From Patescibacteria group bacterium (GTDB lineage: Bacteria > Patescibacteriota > Patescibacteriia > UBA2591 > JAQWAS01): 64,000 nt of DNA. Shown here piece by piece: positions 28,063 through 37,984 of the stretch (the stretch's first letter is position 1; every line of letters begins with the position of its first letter). The notes under the pieces are model-generated. The model did not search any database, was not told the origin of the DNA, and saw only the letters and a list, made by a program, of their open reading frames with translations. The position numbers and the translations under genes were made by a program. The stretch is taken from NCBI GenBank assembly GCA_028707495.1, contig JAQWAS010000003.1, positions 47,711 to 111,710 of the forward strand, written 5' to 3'.

Positions 28063-29187
28063 ATGGGTAAAGATTATTACAAAATTTTAGGAGTGAATAA
28101 AAACGCTTCGCCGGAAGAAATTAAAAAAGCTTTTCGTAAATTAGCGCACGAGTGTCATCCTGATAAACCGGGTGGCGATGAAAAGAGGTTTAAAGAATTA
28201 AACGAGGCTTATCAGGTTTTAGGTAATCCGCACAAGCGTCAGCAATATGATCAATTTGGTTCAGCTTTTGAACAAGCTCAATCACATGGCGGGACACACG
28301 GTTTTAGGGATTTTCGTGATTTCAGCGCCTATACTGATGCTTTTGGCCAAAATGGCGCTAATTTTAATTTTAACGACATGGAATTTGATTTGGGCGATAT
28401 TTTATCGTCAGCTTTTGGTTTTTCTGGGTTTGATGGTCAGCGGTCAAGTAATCGGTCTCGTCGAGGCCAAGACATTAAAATAGATTTAACTTTAAATTTC
28501 GAAGAAGCAGTTTTTGGAGTAGAAAAGAAAATAAAAATTACTAAAAATATAATTTGTCAGCACTGCCAAGGCAAAGGAGTCGAACCTGGCAGTCAGATGA
28601 AAAAATGTTCTCAATGTGGTGGGAGAGGCCAGGTGCGCGTAGCACGTCAAACAATGTTTGGTACTTTTCAAAGCGTGAGCGTTTGTCCAGATTGTCAGGG
28701 TAAAGGCGAAGTACCGGAAAAGAAATGTTCAAAGTGTAATGGTTTGGGAATCGTTAAAGACGAATCAGAAATTGAAGTTAAAGTCCCGGCTGGCATTCAT
28801 CATGGTGAAATTTTAAAATTATCAGGTCAAGGTCAGGCCGGACAACAAAGGGCATCGGCCGGCGATTTATATATTCATATAGCAGTTAAACCTCATACCG
28901 ATTTTAATCGTCAAGGCGATGATATTCTATCTGAACGAAAAATTAATTTTTCACAAGCAGCTTTGGGTGATAAAATTAAAATTCAAACTTTACATGGAGA
29001 TGTGATGTTAAAAATTCCGGCTGGCACGCAGAGTGGTAAAATTTTTAAATTAAAAAATAAGGGTGTACCCAAATTGCGTGGTTATGGTAAGGGTGACCAT
29101 TTGGTTAAAATTATAGTTAAAACTCCAGAAAGTTTAACCAGAGAACAAAAGAAAATTTTTGAAGAATTGCAAAAAATAGAAGAATAG
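28063..29187 (+). CDS. dnaJ: Molecular chaperone DnaJ
   Basis: J-domain DYYKILGV...HPDK. Four CxxCxGxG zinc-finger repeats. Confidence 0.95.
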   Translation: MGKDYYKILGVNKNASPEEIKKAFRKLAHECHPDKPGGDEKRFKELNEAYQVLGNPHKRQQYDQFGSAFEQAQSHGGTHGFRDFRDFSAYTDAFGQNGANFNFNDMEFDLGDILSSAFGFSGFDGQRSSNRSRRGQDIKIDLTLNFEEAVFGVEKKIKITKNIICQHCQGKGVEPGSQMKKCSQCGGRGQVRVARQTMFGTFQSVSVCPDCQGKGEVPEKKCSKCNGLGIVKDESEIEVKVPAGIHHGEILKLSGQGQAGQQRASAGDLYIHIAVKPHTDFNRQGDDILSERKINFSQAALGDKIKIQTLHGDVMLKIPAGTQSGKIFKLKNKGVPKLRGYGKGDHLVKIIVKTPESLTREQKKIFEELQKIEE

Positions 29188-29214
29188 TTTTAATTTATAA
29201 AATAAAACTATTTT

Positions 29215-30312
29215 ATGAATAATCAGTCTGACTATCAAATTTATTCCAATTCGCAAGAGGCCTGGCAAGCAATGTATCAGGCTATTTTAAATTCTCAAAA
29301 ATCAATCTATTGGGAATTATATATTTTTGTTGATGATGAGGCTGGTCAGCCTTTTTTTGATATTTTAGAGCAAAAAGCTCGTCAAGGTTTAGATGTTAAA
29401 TTAATAGTCGATTCAGCTGGGAGTTTTTGGTTGTCACGCAAAAGAATTCAAAGTTTGAAAAAATCAGGCGTGGATATTCGATTTTTTTATGAAAGTAAAA
29501 AATCTTTTTTAAAATTTTGGCGAAGAATAACCAACAGGGATCATCGTAAAATTTTAATTATTGACGAAGAGGTTGGTTTTATCGGCGGAGTTAATATTCA
29601 AAAACACATGCGAGAATGGCTGGATATCCAAATTAAAATTGAAGGTAAGGTGGTGCGATCTTTGTTAAGATCTTTTGCTAAATTTTACATTCTATGTGGT
29701 GGAGATAAAAAAAATGTTCATCATTTATTAAAGTATAAATTTAGAACTAAAAATAATAAATTTAATTTTGTTTTTGACGATGCCGATTATAAGAAATCTT
29801 TTGCTAGAAAAAAATACACTCAAGCCTTATTCAAGGCTCGTAAAAGAGTTATTCTTTTTTCACCTTATTATTTTCCAGATAAAAAATTTTTATATGCGCT
29901 TTGGAAAGCGCGTCAGCGAGGAATCAAAATTGATTTATTAATTCCCTTCAGAACTGATGTTAGAATTATTCAATATGCAGCTTATGCCAAGTTTGCTTTT
30001 TTAAAAAAAATTGGTGTGAATGTTCATTTAGTTGAAAAAATGATGCATGGTAAAGGCGTAATTAAAGATAATGATTGGGCCATGGTTGGAAGTAGCAATT
30101 TAGATCAATCGAGTTTTTATGATAATTATGAAGCTAATCTGGAAATAAAAAATAAGAAAAATATTCAACAACTTAAAAAAACAATTTTAGCTTGGATAAG
30201 TTCGGCTAAAAAGCTGGAAGATTTTAATTGGAAAAGAAGGGGAAACTGGCAACGTTTAAAGGAAAAAATCGCTTTTAAACTGTGTCAACTATGGCATATT
30301 AAAAAGGGTTAA
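29215..30312 (+). CDS. Phospholipase D / cardiolipin synthase family protein with two HKD motifs
   Basis: HRKILIIDEEVGFIGGVN and HGKGVIKDNDWAMVGSSNLD. Confidence 0.75.
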   Translation: MNNQSDYQIYSNSQEAWQAMYQAILNSQKSIYWELYIFVDDEAGQPFFDILEQKARQGLDVKLIVDSAGSFWLSRKRIQSLKKSGVDIRFFYESKKSFLKFWRRITNRDHRKILIIDEEVGFIGGVNIQKHMREWLDIQIKIEGKVVRSLLRSFAKFYILCGGDKKNVHHLLKYKFRTKNNKFNFVFDDADYKKSFARKKYTQALFKARKRVILFSPYYFPDKKFLYALWKARQRGIKIDLLIPFRTDVRIIQYAAYAKFAFLKKIGVNVHLVEKMMHGKGVIKDNDWAMVGSSNLDQSSFYDNYEANLEIKNKKNIQQLKKTILAWISSAKKLEDFNWKRRGNWQRLKEKIAFKLCQLWHIKKG

Positions 30313-30425
30313 GGTTGTTGTCTTGGTTTTTTAAAAATAAAAAACAAATTATCTACTTTATCCACTTTTCTATTTTTTTAAAAATGTAGTATAATATATT
30401 ATTATCAAAACAAAAATATTTTTAT

Positions 30426-31028
30426 ATGTTTTTAACACCTATCCTGGCGCAGGCCAATTCAGAAGAATTAGCTGGTTTAGTTGATAAAGTTAATTTAAGC
30501 AATCCAAGTTGGGATTTGTTTATTATTTTACTTTTTGTAATTGTGGCTTTTTTCTATGGTATTTCTTTGGGACGTGATCGCGTTCTGGTAATTTTAGTGA
30601 GTATTTATATGGCCACGGCGGTCGCTAAATTTATTCCTAATGTTGGGAATATTTCGGCGATGGTAGGAGCTGGCGATCAACAGTTTGTTTTTCAAGTAAC
30701 CTTTTTTCTAGTCTTGTTTATTATAATGTTTATTTTTTTGTCGCGGTCGGCTTTGTTAAAAACTATTGCTTCATCAGAAAGCCAAACGAATTGGTTTCAG
30801 TCAGTAGTTTTTAGTTTTTTACATATCGGATTATTAATTAGTATTACTTTGTCTTTTTTACCAGAGGAGAGTTTAAGTTCTTTATCATATTTAACTAAAA
30901 ATATTTTTACTAACGAATGGGCGCGTTTGGCTTGGTTGTGTGTGCCAGTTTTATTAATGGCAATCGTTGGCGGCAAAAAGAAAAAACACTCTAAAAAGCG
31001 TGATTATGATGATGATGAAAATTATTAA
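30426..31028 (+). CDS. Integral membrane protein, possibly CvpA-like
   Basis: Four to five predicted TM helices. Low specificity. Confidence 0.35.
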   Translation: MFLTPILAQANSEELAGLVDKVNLSNPSWDLFIILLFVIVAFFYGISLGRDRVLVILVSIYMATAVAKFIPNVGNISAMVGAGDQQFVFQVTFFLVLFIIMFIFLSRSALLKTIASSESQTNWFQSVVFSFLHIGLLISITLSFLPEESLSSLSYLTKNIFTNEWARLAWLCVPVLLMAIVGGKKKKHSKKRDYDDDENY

Positions 31029-31162
31029 ATTATATATTTAAATAAATTTATTTTTTAAATAAAATTTTTTTAAGAGAGGTCTGTAATTGGGATCTTCTTT
31101 TTTTTATTGACCTAGATTTTAATTTATGATAGTATGATTAAATATTATTTATATTTATCCAC

Positions 31163-33196
31163 ATGTCACAACGTAAAAAAATTTGGTTAAGCTTTGCAGC
31201 TATTTTAATTATAGCCCTTTTTTGCGGTGCTGTTGATTATCCCAAATTACCTTGGGATAATAAAGTAGCTAATTGGTTTACCAATCAAAAAGTTCATCTA
31301 GGTTTAGACCTGCAAGGCGGAACGCATTTAGTTTATCAAGCTGATGTCAGCAATATCGAATCAGAAGAAAAGGGTTCAGCTGTTGAAGGTGTCAGAGATG
31401 TGATTGAACGTCGGGTTAACACTTTTGGCGTTTCTGAGCCAGTCGTTCAAACTAATAAAGTTAAAAATACTTGGCGAATTATTGTAGAATTACCAGGCGT
31501 TAAAGACGTTAAACAGGCGATTCAAATGATTGGAGAAACGCCTTTATTAGAATTTAAAGAACAAAAAGACGCACCCGAGGCTGAGGAAAAATTAAAAATT
31601 GAGAGTCAAGCACAAGAGATTTTAACTGAAGTCAAAAATAATCCAGCGCAGTTTAATGAAATTGCTCAACGAGTCGCAGATGAAAATTCTGGTATAGAAT
31701 TTAATGCCGATCAAATAAAATTTAAAGATGAAATAGATGCTTCAATTCGTGATCAGGTTTGGAATATGTATCAAGGACAGATTTCAAAGGTGATTGAGGG
31801 TAATTTAGGCTATATGGTTTTAGATCAGAATGTGGTGCCACGCGCGGGTTATTACATTATAAAAATAGACGATAAAAAATATAACATAGAAAGAATTGAA
31901 GAAAATCAAGACCAAGAGGTAAAAGCTTCACATATTTTAATTGCCTATCAAGGAGCTGAACGAGCGACAACCGATAGAAGTCAAGAAGAAGCTAAAACTT
32001 TAGCTGAGGAATTGTTAGATCGTATAAAAAATAATGGCGAGAATTTAGCTGATTTAGCTAAAGAATATTCAGATTGTAGTAGTGCTGAAATGGGTGGCGA
32101 CTTGGGATTCTTTGGTAAAGGAACTATGGCGCCGGAATTTGAAGAGGCGGCCTTTAATTTAGAAAAAGATCAAATTTCAGATATAGTTGAAACTAATTTT
32201 GGCTATCATATTATTCAAGTGACTGACATTAAAGGCGAGACTGAAACTAAAACTTATGAAGATCAAATCGTTTACAGTTCACTTTTCTTTGGTATTACTT
32301 ATGATCCTTGGCAAAACACTGGTTTAAGTGGTCAACAATTACAAATCGCACGAGTTGAGTTTGATCCCAATACTGGCGCACCAGAAATAGCTTTAGAATT
32401 TAATCAAGAGGGAGCAGATTTATTTGCGGCCATTACCGAACGCAACGTCGGTCAGCCGGTAGCGATTTTCTTAGATGGTCAGGCAATTAGCATTCCAACA
32501 GTTAATGAAAAAATTCCTGACGGTAAAGCGGTCATTAGTGGTAAATTTAACATCACTGAAGCTAAATTATTAGCTCAACGTTTAAGTGCTGGTGCTTTGC
32601 CAGTACCAATTGAATTAATTTCACAACAAACAGTTGGTGCTTCTTTGGGCCAAGATTCTGTGGCTAAAAGTTTAAAAGCTGGATTGATCGGTTTAATTCT
32701 AATTGCTTTGTTTATGATAATTTTATATCGTTGGCCAGGTGTCTTAGCTGTTTTGGCTTTAATTTTATACAGCGTTATAACTTTAGCTGTTTTTGAATTA
32801 ATTCCCATCACTCTAACCTTAGCTGGAATTGCTGGGTTTATTTTATCTATTGGTATGGCAGTTGATGCTAATGTTTTAATTTTTGAAAGATTAAAAGAAG
32901 AGCTTAAAGATGGTAAGCCTTTAGACTTAGCCGTTAAGGATGGTTTTGATCGAGCCTGGACTTCAATTCGTGATGGTAATTTATCAACCTTAATTACTTG
33001 TGTAATTTTATATTGGTTTGGTACGAGCATGATTAAGGGCTTTGGTTTAACTTTAGGTCTTGGTGTTGTTTTGAGTATGTTTTCAGCCATTGTCATTACA
33101 AAAACATTTTTAAGATTATTTGGTGGTAGGGGTAAAAGATTGTGGTTGTATGGAGTTAAAAATAAACAACAAGATAAAGATTTAGAAATTAATTAA
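31163..33196 (+). CDS. secD: Protein translocase subunit SecD with a parvulin-type PPIase (PrsA/SurA-like rotamase) domain inserted in the periplasmic P1 region
   Basis: The N-terminal SecD signature is LGLDLQGGTHLVYQAD. The inserted domain is HILIAYQGAERATTD...MGGDLGFFGKGTMAPEFEEAAFNLEKDQISDIVETNFGYHIIQV. The SecD P1 head resumes after the insert (NVGQPVAIFLDGQAISIPTV), followed by the TM bundle. Confidence 0.75.
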   Translation: MSQRKKIWLSFAAILIIALFCGAVDYPKLPWDNKVANWFTNQKVHLGLDLQGGTHLVYQADVSNIESEEKGSAVEGVRDVIERRVNTFGVSEPVVQTNKVKNTWRIIVELPGVKDVKQAIQMIGETPLLEFKEQKDAPEAEEKLKIESQAQEILTEVKNNPAQFNEIAQRVADENSGIEFNADQIKFKDEIDASIRDQVWNMYQGQISKVIEGNLGYMVLDQNVVPRAGYYIIKIDDKKYNIERIEENQDQEVKASHILIAYQGAERATTDRSQEEAKTLAEELLDRIKNNGENLADLAKEYSDCSSAEMGGDLGFFGKGTMAPEFEEAAFNLEKDQISDIVETNFGYHIIQVTDIKGETETKTYEDQIVYSSLFFGITYDPWQNTGLSGQQLQIARVEFDPNTGAPEIALEFNQEGADLFAAITERNVGQPVAIFLDGQAISIPTVNEKIPDGKAVISGKFNITEAKLLAQRLSAGALPVPIELISQQTVGASLGQDSVAKSLKAGLIGLILIALFMIILYRWPGVLAVLALILYSVITLAVFELIPITLTLAGIAGFILSIGMAVDANVLIFERLKEELKDGKPLDLAVKDGFDRAWTSIRDGNLSTLITCVILYWFGTSMIKGFGLTLGLGVVLSMFSAIVITKTFLRLFGGRGKRLWLYGVKNKQQDKDLEIN

Positions 33197-33201
33197 TTCC
33201 T

Positions 33202-34101
33202 ATGATAAAAATAATTCAAAAAAGAAAAATTTGGTTCAGCCTGTCAATTGTTTTAATAATTTTGAGTATTTTAAGTTTAATTTTTTGGGGTTTGCCATTA
33301 TCAATCGATTTTAAAGGCGGAAGCTTATTGGAAATTGGCTTCGAAGACGAGCGACCGAGTACCGGTGAAATTAAACAAACCTTAAATGATTTAGGTTTGG
33401 GCGAAATTCAGGTTCAACCAACAGGAGAGCAGGATATGATTTTAAGAATGTCAATTGCAACCGAAGATGATCATCAAAGGGTAATTGAGAAAATAAATCA
33501 AACCTATCAAGGAGTTGAAGAAAAACGTTTCGAATCAGTTGGTCCAATTATCGGTTCCGAATTAAAACAAAAAGCTATTTATGCTTTAATTGTCGCTGCG
33601 ATTTGTATTATTTTATATATTGCTTGGGCATTCAGACGCGTGTCTAAACCGGTGGCTTCATGGAAGTTTGGTATAGTTGCTATCATAGCTTTAGCGCATG
33701 ATATTTTAATTACTTTGGGCGTAATTTCCATTATTGCCCATTTTTCAACTGGCATAGAGATTGGCGTGGCTTTTATTGCGGCTTTATTAACTATTTTAGG
33801 TTATTCGGTTAATGACACGATCGTAGTTTTTGATCGTACGCGTGAGAATTTATTAAAACACTATGGTGAAGATTTTGAAGAAACAGTCAATATGAGTGTT
33901 AACCAGACCATTACACGTTCGGTCAATACTTCAATTACAACTTTATTGGCTTTATTAGCAATTTATATTTTTGGTGGAGAGTCAATTAAATATTTTGCTT
34001 TAACTTTGATTGTTGGTATTATTTCAGGTACTTATTCTTCAATTTTCTTAGCTAGTCCGTTGGTTGTGGTTTGGGAGAAGATGAGAAATAGAGGCATTTA
34101 A
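33202..34101 (+). CDS. secF: Protein translocase subunit SecF
   Basis: IDFKGGSLLEIGFE..., and TM bundle. Confidence 0.85.
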   Translation: MIKIIQKRKIWFSLSIVLIILSILSLIFWGLPLSIDFKGGSLLEIGFEDERPSTGEIKQTLNDLGLGEIQVQPTGEQDMILRMSIATEDDHQRVIEKINQTYQGVEEKRFESVGPIIGSELKQKAIYALIVAAICIILYIAWAFRRVSKPVASWKFGIVAIIALAHDILITLGVISIIAHFSTGIEIGVAFIAALLTILGYSVNDTIVVFDRTRENLLKHYGEDFEETVNMSVNQTITRSVNTSITTLLALLAIYIFGGESIKYFALTLIVGIISGTYSSIFLASPLVVVWEKMRNRGI

Positions 34102-34249
34102 ACATACAAAAATTTAAACATATAGAAGGCGACATTCTGGAATGTCGCCTTTATTAATATTATTTTCATATTGACAAGATTTTTATATATGTTACTATAA
34201 AGATAATGATTTTATTCATTGAAAAAACAAATTTTCTAAAGGAGGAAAA

Positions 34250-34471
34250 ATGGACGCTGAAGAAGCATTGAAAACAATTGACGCTTGGTGGGAATTTGGC
34301 GCTGACCGCCCCCCAGAAGAAATTACGCTAGAGGCCTGTAAAGTAATAATGACAACCTTTTCAGAGCGAAGTCCTGAATATGAAAGAGCAAAAAAAACAG
34401 CGTGTAAAATTCGAACTCATCCAAGTAAAATGTTAACCAGGGCAACTTTTGGAAAGGTTCGCTGTCCTTAA
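34250..34471 (+). CDS. Small hypothetical protein of 73 aa with a strong RBS (AGGAGGAAAAATGG). A terminator lies at 34493-34527.
   Basis: Track ORF. GC is higher than in the flanks. A hairpin CCTTGTtgtACAAGG plus T-run follows it. Confidence 0.4.
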   Translation: MDAEEALKTIDAWWEFGADRPPEEITLEACKVIMTTFSERSPEYERAKKTACKIRTHPSKMLTRATFGKVRCP

Positions 34472-34572
34472 GTGTTAAAATTTCAAAACACGAATAAGCT
34501 CCTTGTTGTACAAGGGGCTTTTTTATTTTTAGAAGGCCACACCGTTTTTACAATGTAATTCTGAGTTGTAGC

Positions 34573-34674
34573 TATCATCCCGAATTTATTTCAGGATCTT
34601 TAATTAAGCTAAACGTTTCTTGCTAGGACAAAGTACAAAGTATCAATAGATTCTGAAACAAATTCAGAATGACA
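34573..34674. mobile_element. MITE-like element, family B, diverged copy (TATCATCCCGAATTTATTTCAGGATC ... AGATTCTGAAACAAATTCAGAATGACA)
   Basis: It shares both termini and the internal hairpin with the copies at 23809 and 47443. Confidence 0.55.
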
Positions 34675-34736
34675 CAGATAGGCGTATATTTTTTAAAATA
34701 AAAAAAGACTTTTCCATAGAAAAGTTAGTAGCAGTT

Positions 34737-34769
34737 AACACTGGATTCCCGCCTATGCGGGAATGACAG
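34737..34769. repeat. Palindromic unit AACACTGGATTCCCGCCTATGCGGGAATGACAG, 3' of cysS (third copy of the GIY-YIG-flanking palindrome)
   Basis: It differs from 15758-15787 at a single position within the shared 30-bp core. Confidence 0.7.
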
Positions 34770-34774
34770 TCTTA

Positions 34775-36208
34775 TCATTTTCTCGTCACATCACTGCCAT
34801 CGGGCGTATCTTTAACCTGCCAGCCGAGTTGGTCAAGTTTATCACGCAATTCATCAGCTTGGTCCCAGTTTTTATTTTTGCGAGCTTCTTGGCGTTCCTT
34901 AACTAAATCTAAAATTTCTCTAGGAATATCAATGTCGGTTTGGAGATTTTTAGCAATTTCTAAACCCAAAACATGATCTAGATTAAAAATAAATTCTTCA
35001 ATTAATTTTGCAGCTTTATGATTTAAATCTAATTTATTAATTTGATTAATAAAATTAAAAACAACCGCCAAACCTTCAGACATATTTAAATCATCATCCA
35101 GCGCTGAAATAAATTTTCGATTGGTTTGGCTGATGATTTTTTTAATTTCTTGAATATTCGACTTATTTTGATTAGCATTATTTTTAATTTGGCAAATTTG
35201 ATTAGTAAAATTATCAATTTTATCAATGGCTTTTTGACTAGCTTCTAGGGCTTGAAAAGTAAAATTTAATTGTTGGCGATAGTGAGTTGAAATTAATAAA
35301 TAACGAATTGCTCGGCTAGTATAATTTTTATTTAATAAATCTTTCAAGGTATAAAAATTACCTAAAGATTTAGACATTTTTTCACCCTCAACAATTAAAT
35401 GTTTGACGTGTAGCCAATATTTAACCCATTTTTTACCAGTTGAAGCTTCGGATTGGGCGATTTCACATTCATGATGAGGAAATTTATTATCTTCGCCACC
35501 AGTATGAATATCAAATTGTTCGCCTAAATACTTAATTGACATGGCTGAGCATTCTAAATGCCAACCCGGATAACCATGGTCATTCCAGGGGCTTTTCCAA
35601 AACATAATATGTTTAGGATCATAAATCCACAAAGCAAAATCCCAAGGATTTTTTTTATCAGGATTAACTTCAATTCTTTTACCAGCTTGGAGTTGTTTTA
35701 AAGTATTGCCAGAGAGTTTGCCGTATTTTTTAAATTTAGTTACATCAAAATAAACAGATTGGTTTGATTCATAAGCATAACCTTTGTCAACTAGAGTTTC
35801 AACCAATTTAATCATTTCCGGAATGTGTTGTGAGGCGCGGGGATATTCAGTCGCTGGTTGAATATTTAATTTTTCAATATCATCGAAAAAAGCTTTTTCG
35901 TAAAAAGTCGCAATCTCTTGGGGTGTCTTTTTTTCTTTTTGGGCACTAGTTTCTAATTTATCATCACCGGTTTCAGCATCAGCTACCATATGACCCACGT
36001 CGGTAATATTCATTACTTGTTGGACTTGATAGCCTTTAAATTCTAAATAACGTTTTAAGACATCAGCAAACAAAAAAGATCTCAGATTGCCGAGATGAAT
36101 ATAATTATAAACCGTCGGTCCGCAATTGTACATGCGAACGTGTTTTGATTCTAGAGATTTAAAAACCTCTTTTTTGTTGGTTAAACTATTAAATAATTTT
36201 AAAGCCAT
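34775..36208 (-). CDS. cysS: Cysteinyl-tRNA synthetase
   Basis: MYNCGPTVYNYIHLGN (HIGH-like), KMSKSLGN. Confidence 0.9.
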   Translation of the reverse strand: MALKLFNSLTNKKEVFKSLESKHVRMYNCGPTVYNYIHLGNLRSFLFADVLKRYLEFKGYQVQQVMNITDVGHMVADAETGDDKLETSAQKEKKTPQEIATFYEKAFFDDIEKLNIQPATEYPRASQHIPEMIKLVETLVDKGYAYESNQSVYFDVTKFKKYGKLSGNTLKQLQAGKRIEVNPDKKNPWDFALWIYDPKHIMFWKSPWNDHGYPGWHLECSAMSIKYLGEQFDIHTGGEDNKFPHHECEIAQSEASTGKKWVKYWLHVKHLIVEGEKMSKSLGNFYTLKDLLNKNYTSRAIRYLLISTHYRQQLNFTFQALEASQKAIDKIDNFTNQICQIKNNANQNKSNIQEIKKIISQTNRKFISALDDDLNMSEGLAVVFNFINQINKLDLNHKAAKLIEEFIFNLDHVLGLEIAKNLQTDIDIPREILDLVKERQEARKNKNWDQADELRDKLDQLGWQVKDTPDGSDVTRK

Positions 36209-37140
36209 TTTTTGTGTTTAAAAACAGAAAACATAATTAAGGTGCCCAGAATCATAATACTTACGACAGCCCAAAAACCGAAAGGTGAATCAACAAAGGG
36301 CATACCACCCAAGGTATTCATACCAAAAATGGCAGCCAATAAAGTTAAAGGAAAAACAATAACTGAAAAGATAGTCAAAGTCTTCATGATAGTGTTGAGA
36401 CGATTAGACAACATGGATTCGTTAGTTGAATAGAGCGCTTCAATGGTTTCTTTGTAGTTTTCTAAATATTCCCAAATTTCTTTGGTGTGTTCGATTAAGT
36501 TTTTGAAATAGATATCAATTTTTTGGTCGATAATGAAAATGTTGGTTGAACGGTCGATTAATTTTTTAATTACAGTTTTGTGTGATTGCATGGTTTTACG
36601 AAAATTAATCGTATTGCGTCGGACATTAAAAATATTATTTAAAATAGTTTTTTGTTGACCGGAAAAGATGTTTTTCTCAATTTCATCCAAATCTAAATTA
36701 ATATGATTTAAAATTGGATAACAATAGACGATTAAATTATGTAAAATTTCATAGAGTAGGGTAGCGGGGTTGGTGGATAATAAATTATTTTTTAATTCAG
36801 TATTTTTTTGACAATTATTAAATAATTCTATAACTGGTGTTAAATCGTTATTATGCACAGTCACAATAAAATTTTTACCGATAAAAAAGTCAATTTCCGC
36901 TGCACGGAGGGCCTGCTCTTGGCGATTGTAAACTGGAAATTGTAGAATCATAAATAAGTAGTCAGGACGTTCTAAAAGTTTAGGGCGTTGAAGTGGAGGT
37001 AAACAATCTTTTAAATCTAATGGATGAAAATTAAATTCTTTTTTTAGAAATTCCATTTGGGGTTTGCCACAAAAATTAATATCAACCCAGGTAAAATTTT
37101 GGTTAGTCAATTGTTTGACCTTTTTAGGTAAAATAGACAT
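36199..37140 (-). CDS. corA: CorA-family Mg2+/Co2+ transporter
   Basis: C-terminal TM pair with FGMNTLGGMPF (GMN motif). Confidence 0.8.
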   Translation of the reverse strand: MSILPKKVKQLTNQNFTWVDINFCGKPQMEFLKKEFNFHPLDLKDCLPPLQRPKLLERPDYLFMILQFPVYNRQEQALRAAEIDFFIGKNFIVTVHNNDLTPVIELFNNCQKNTELKNNLLSTNPATLLYEILHNLIVYCYPILNHINLDLDEIEKNIFSGQQKTILNNIFNVRRNTINFRKTMQSHKTVIKKLIDRSTNIFIIDQKIDIYFKNLIEHTKEIWEYLENYKETIEALYSTNESMLSNRLNTIMKTLTIFSVIVFPLTLLAAIFGMNTLGGMPFVDSPFGFWAVVSIMILGTLIMFSVFKHKKWL

Positions 37141-37169
37141 ATTTTTATTTTATTGATAATAATTTATTA

Positions 37170-37245
37170 TAACATAAAAACATTTAAATATACAAACATT
37201 TAAACATTTAAACATTTAAACATAAAGACATTTAAATATAATATT
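37170..37245. repeat. Simple tandem repeat (CATTTAAA)n upstream of corA
   Basis: acatttaaacatttaaacatttaaacataaagacatttaaat. Confidence 0.7.
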
Positions 37246-37452
37246 AATACACTAATTAATGCCAATAATGCAAATGATTCATATTAGTATCGTTGTGGGT
37301 TAGTCGGTAGACTGATGAAGTAATTTTATAAAATAGTATTTGGCCACCAATTTACTGAATTGCTTCGCTACGTTTGCAATAACACTGTAAAATGTTTGTC
37401 TATACACATTAAATATAGTATAATATAGACATATCAATTTAAACTTAAAAAT

Positions 37453-37980
37453 ATGCTAGAAGCTAGTTTAAAGAATAAAAAAGAATCACCCGAAGAAGAG
37501 GTTATTTTAGATTTACAAGAAGAAAAAAATAAAACACCTGAAATTCCTAAAGACAAAGAAAGCCGGGAAGAAGTTGAAATTCCGAAAGAAACACCACAAC
37601 TCGAAAAAGAGATTATTGGTCAAGAACAGGATTTGCCAGGCTATAGCGCGCCTCAAATTCAGACTCCAAAGGTTTCGGATTTACCACCCAAAAGTGAGAC
37701 TTTAATCAAAATAGAAAAGATTTTATCCGAAGATTTAGAGGATATTTATGCGTCATTAGATAAGCCCACTCAAGAAAAATTTAAACAGGCTGGAGAAGAA
37801 ACTGCTTATAAAATTGAAAAAATCTTAGGTTCAGTTAAAATTAAAATCAAAGAAATTATCAAATTAATTTTAGAGTGGCTCAAAATTTTGCCTGGGGTTA
37901 ACAAATTTTTTATTAAAAAACAGGCCAAGATTAAAACAGAAAAAATATTAAATTTAGCATCCAAAGACAAGCAAAAATAA
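37453..37980 (+). CDS. Hypothetical protein with an acidic, low-complexity N-terminus
   Basis: Track ORF. A sigma-70-like promoter with TAGTATAAT lies upstream near 37400-37440. Confidence 0.4.
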   Translation: MLEASLKNKKESPEEEVILDLQEEKNKTPEIPKDKESREEVEIPKETPQLEKEIIGQEQDLPGYSAPQIQTPKVSDLPPKSETLIKIEKILSEDLEDIYASLDKPTQEKFKQAGEETAYKIEKILGSVKIKIKEIIKLILEWLKILPGVNKFFIKKQAKIKTEKILNLASKDKQK

Positions 37981-37984
37981 AAAT

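Noticed and set aside
28247-28732. ORFs 28247-28483 (+) and 28541-28732 (-) inside dnaJ
   Set aside because: They are embedded in the dnaJ coding sequence, which has unambiguous J-domain and zinc-finger motifs in another frame.
32575-33096. 173-aa antisense ORF inside secD
   Set aside because: It is the opposite strand of the SecD TM region. Its translation is low complexity and lysine/proline rich.
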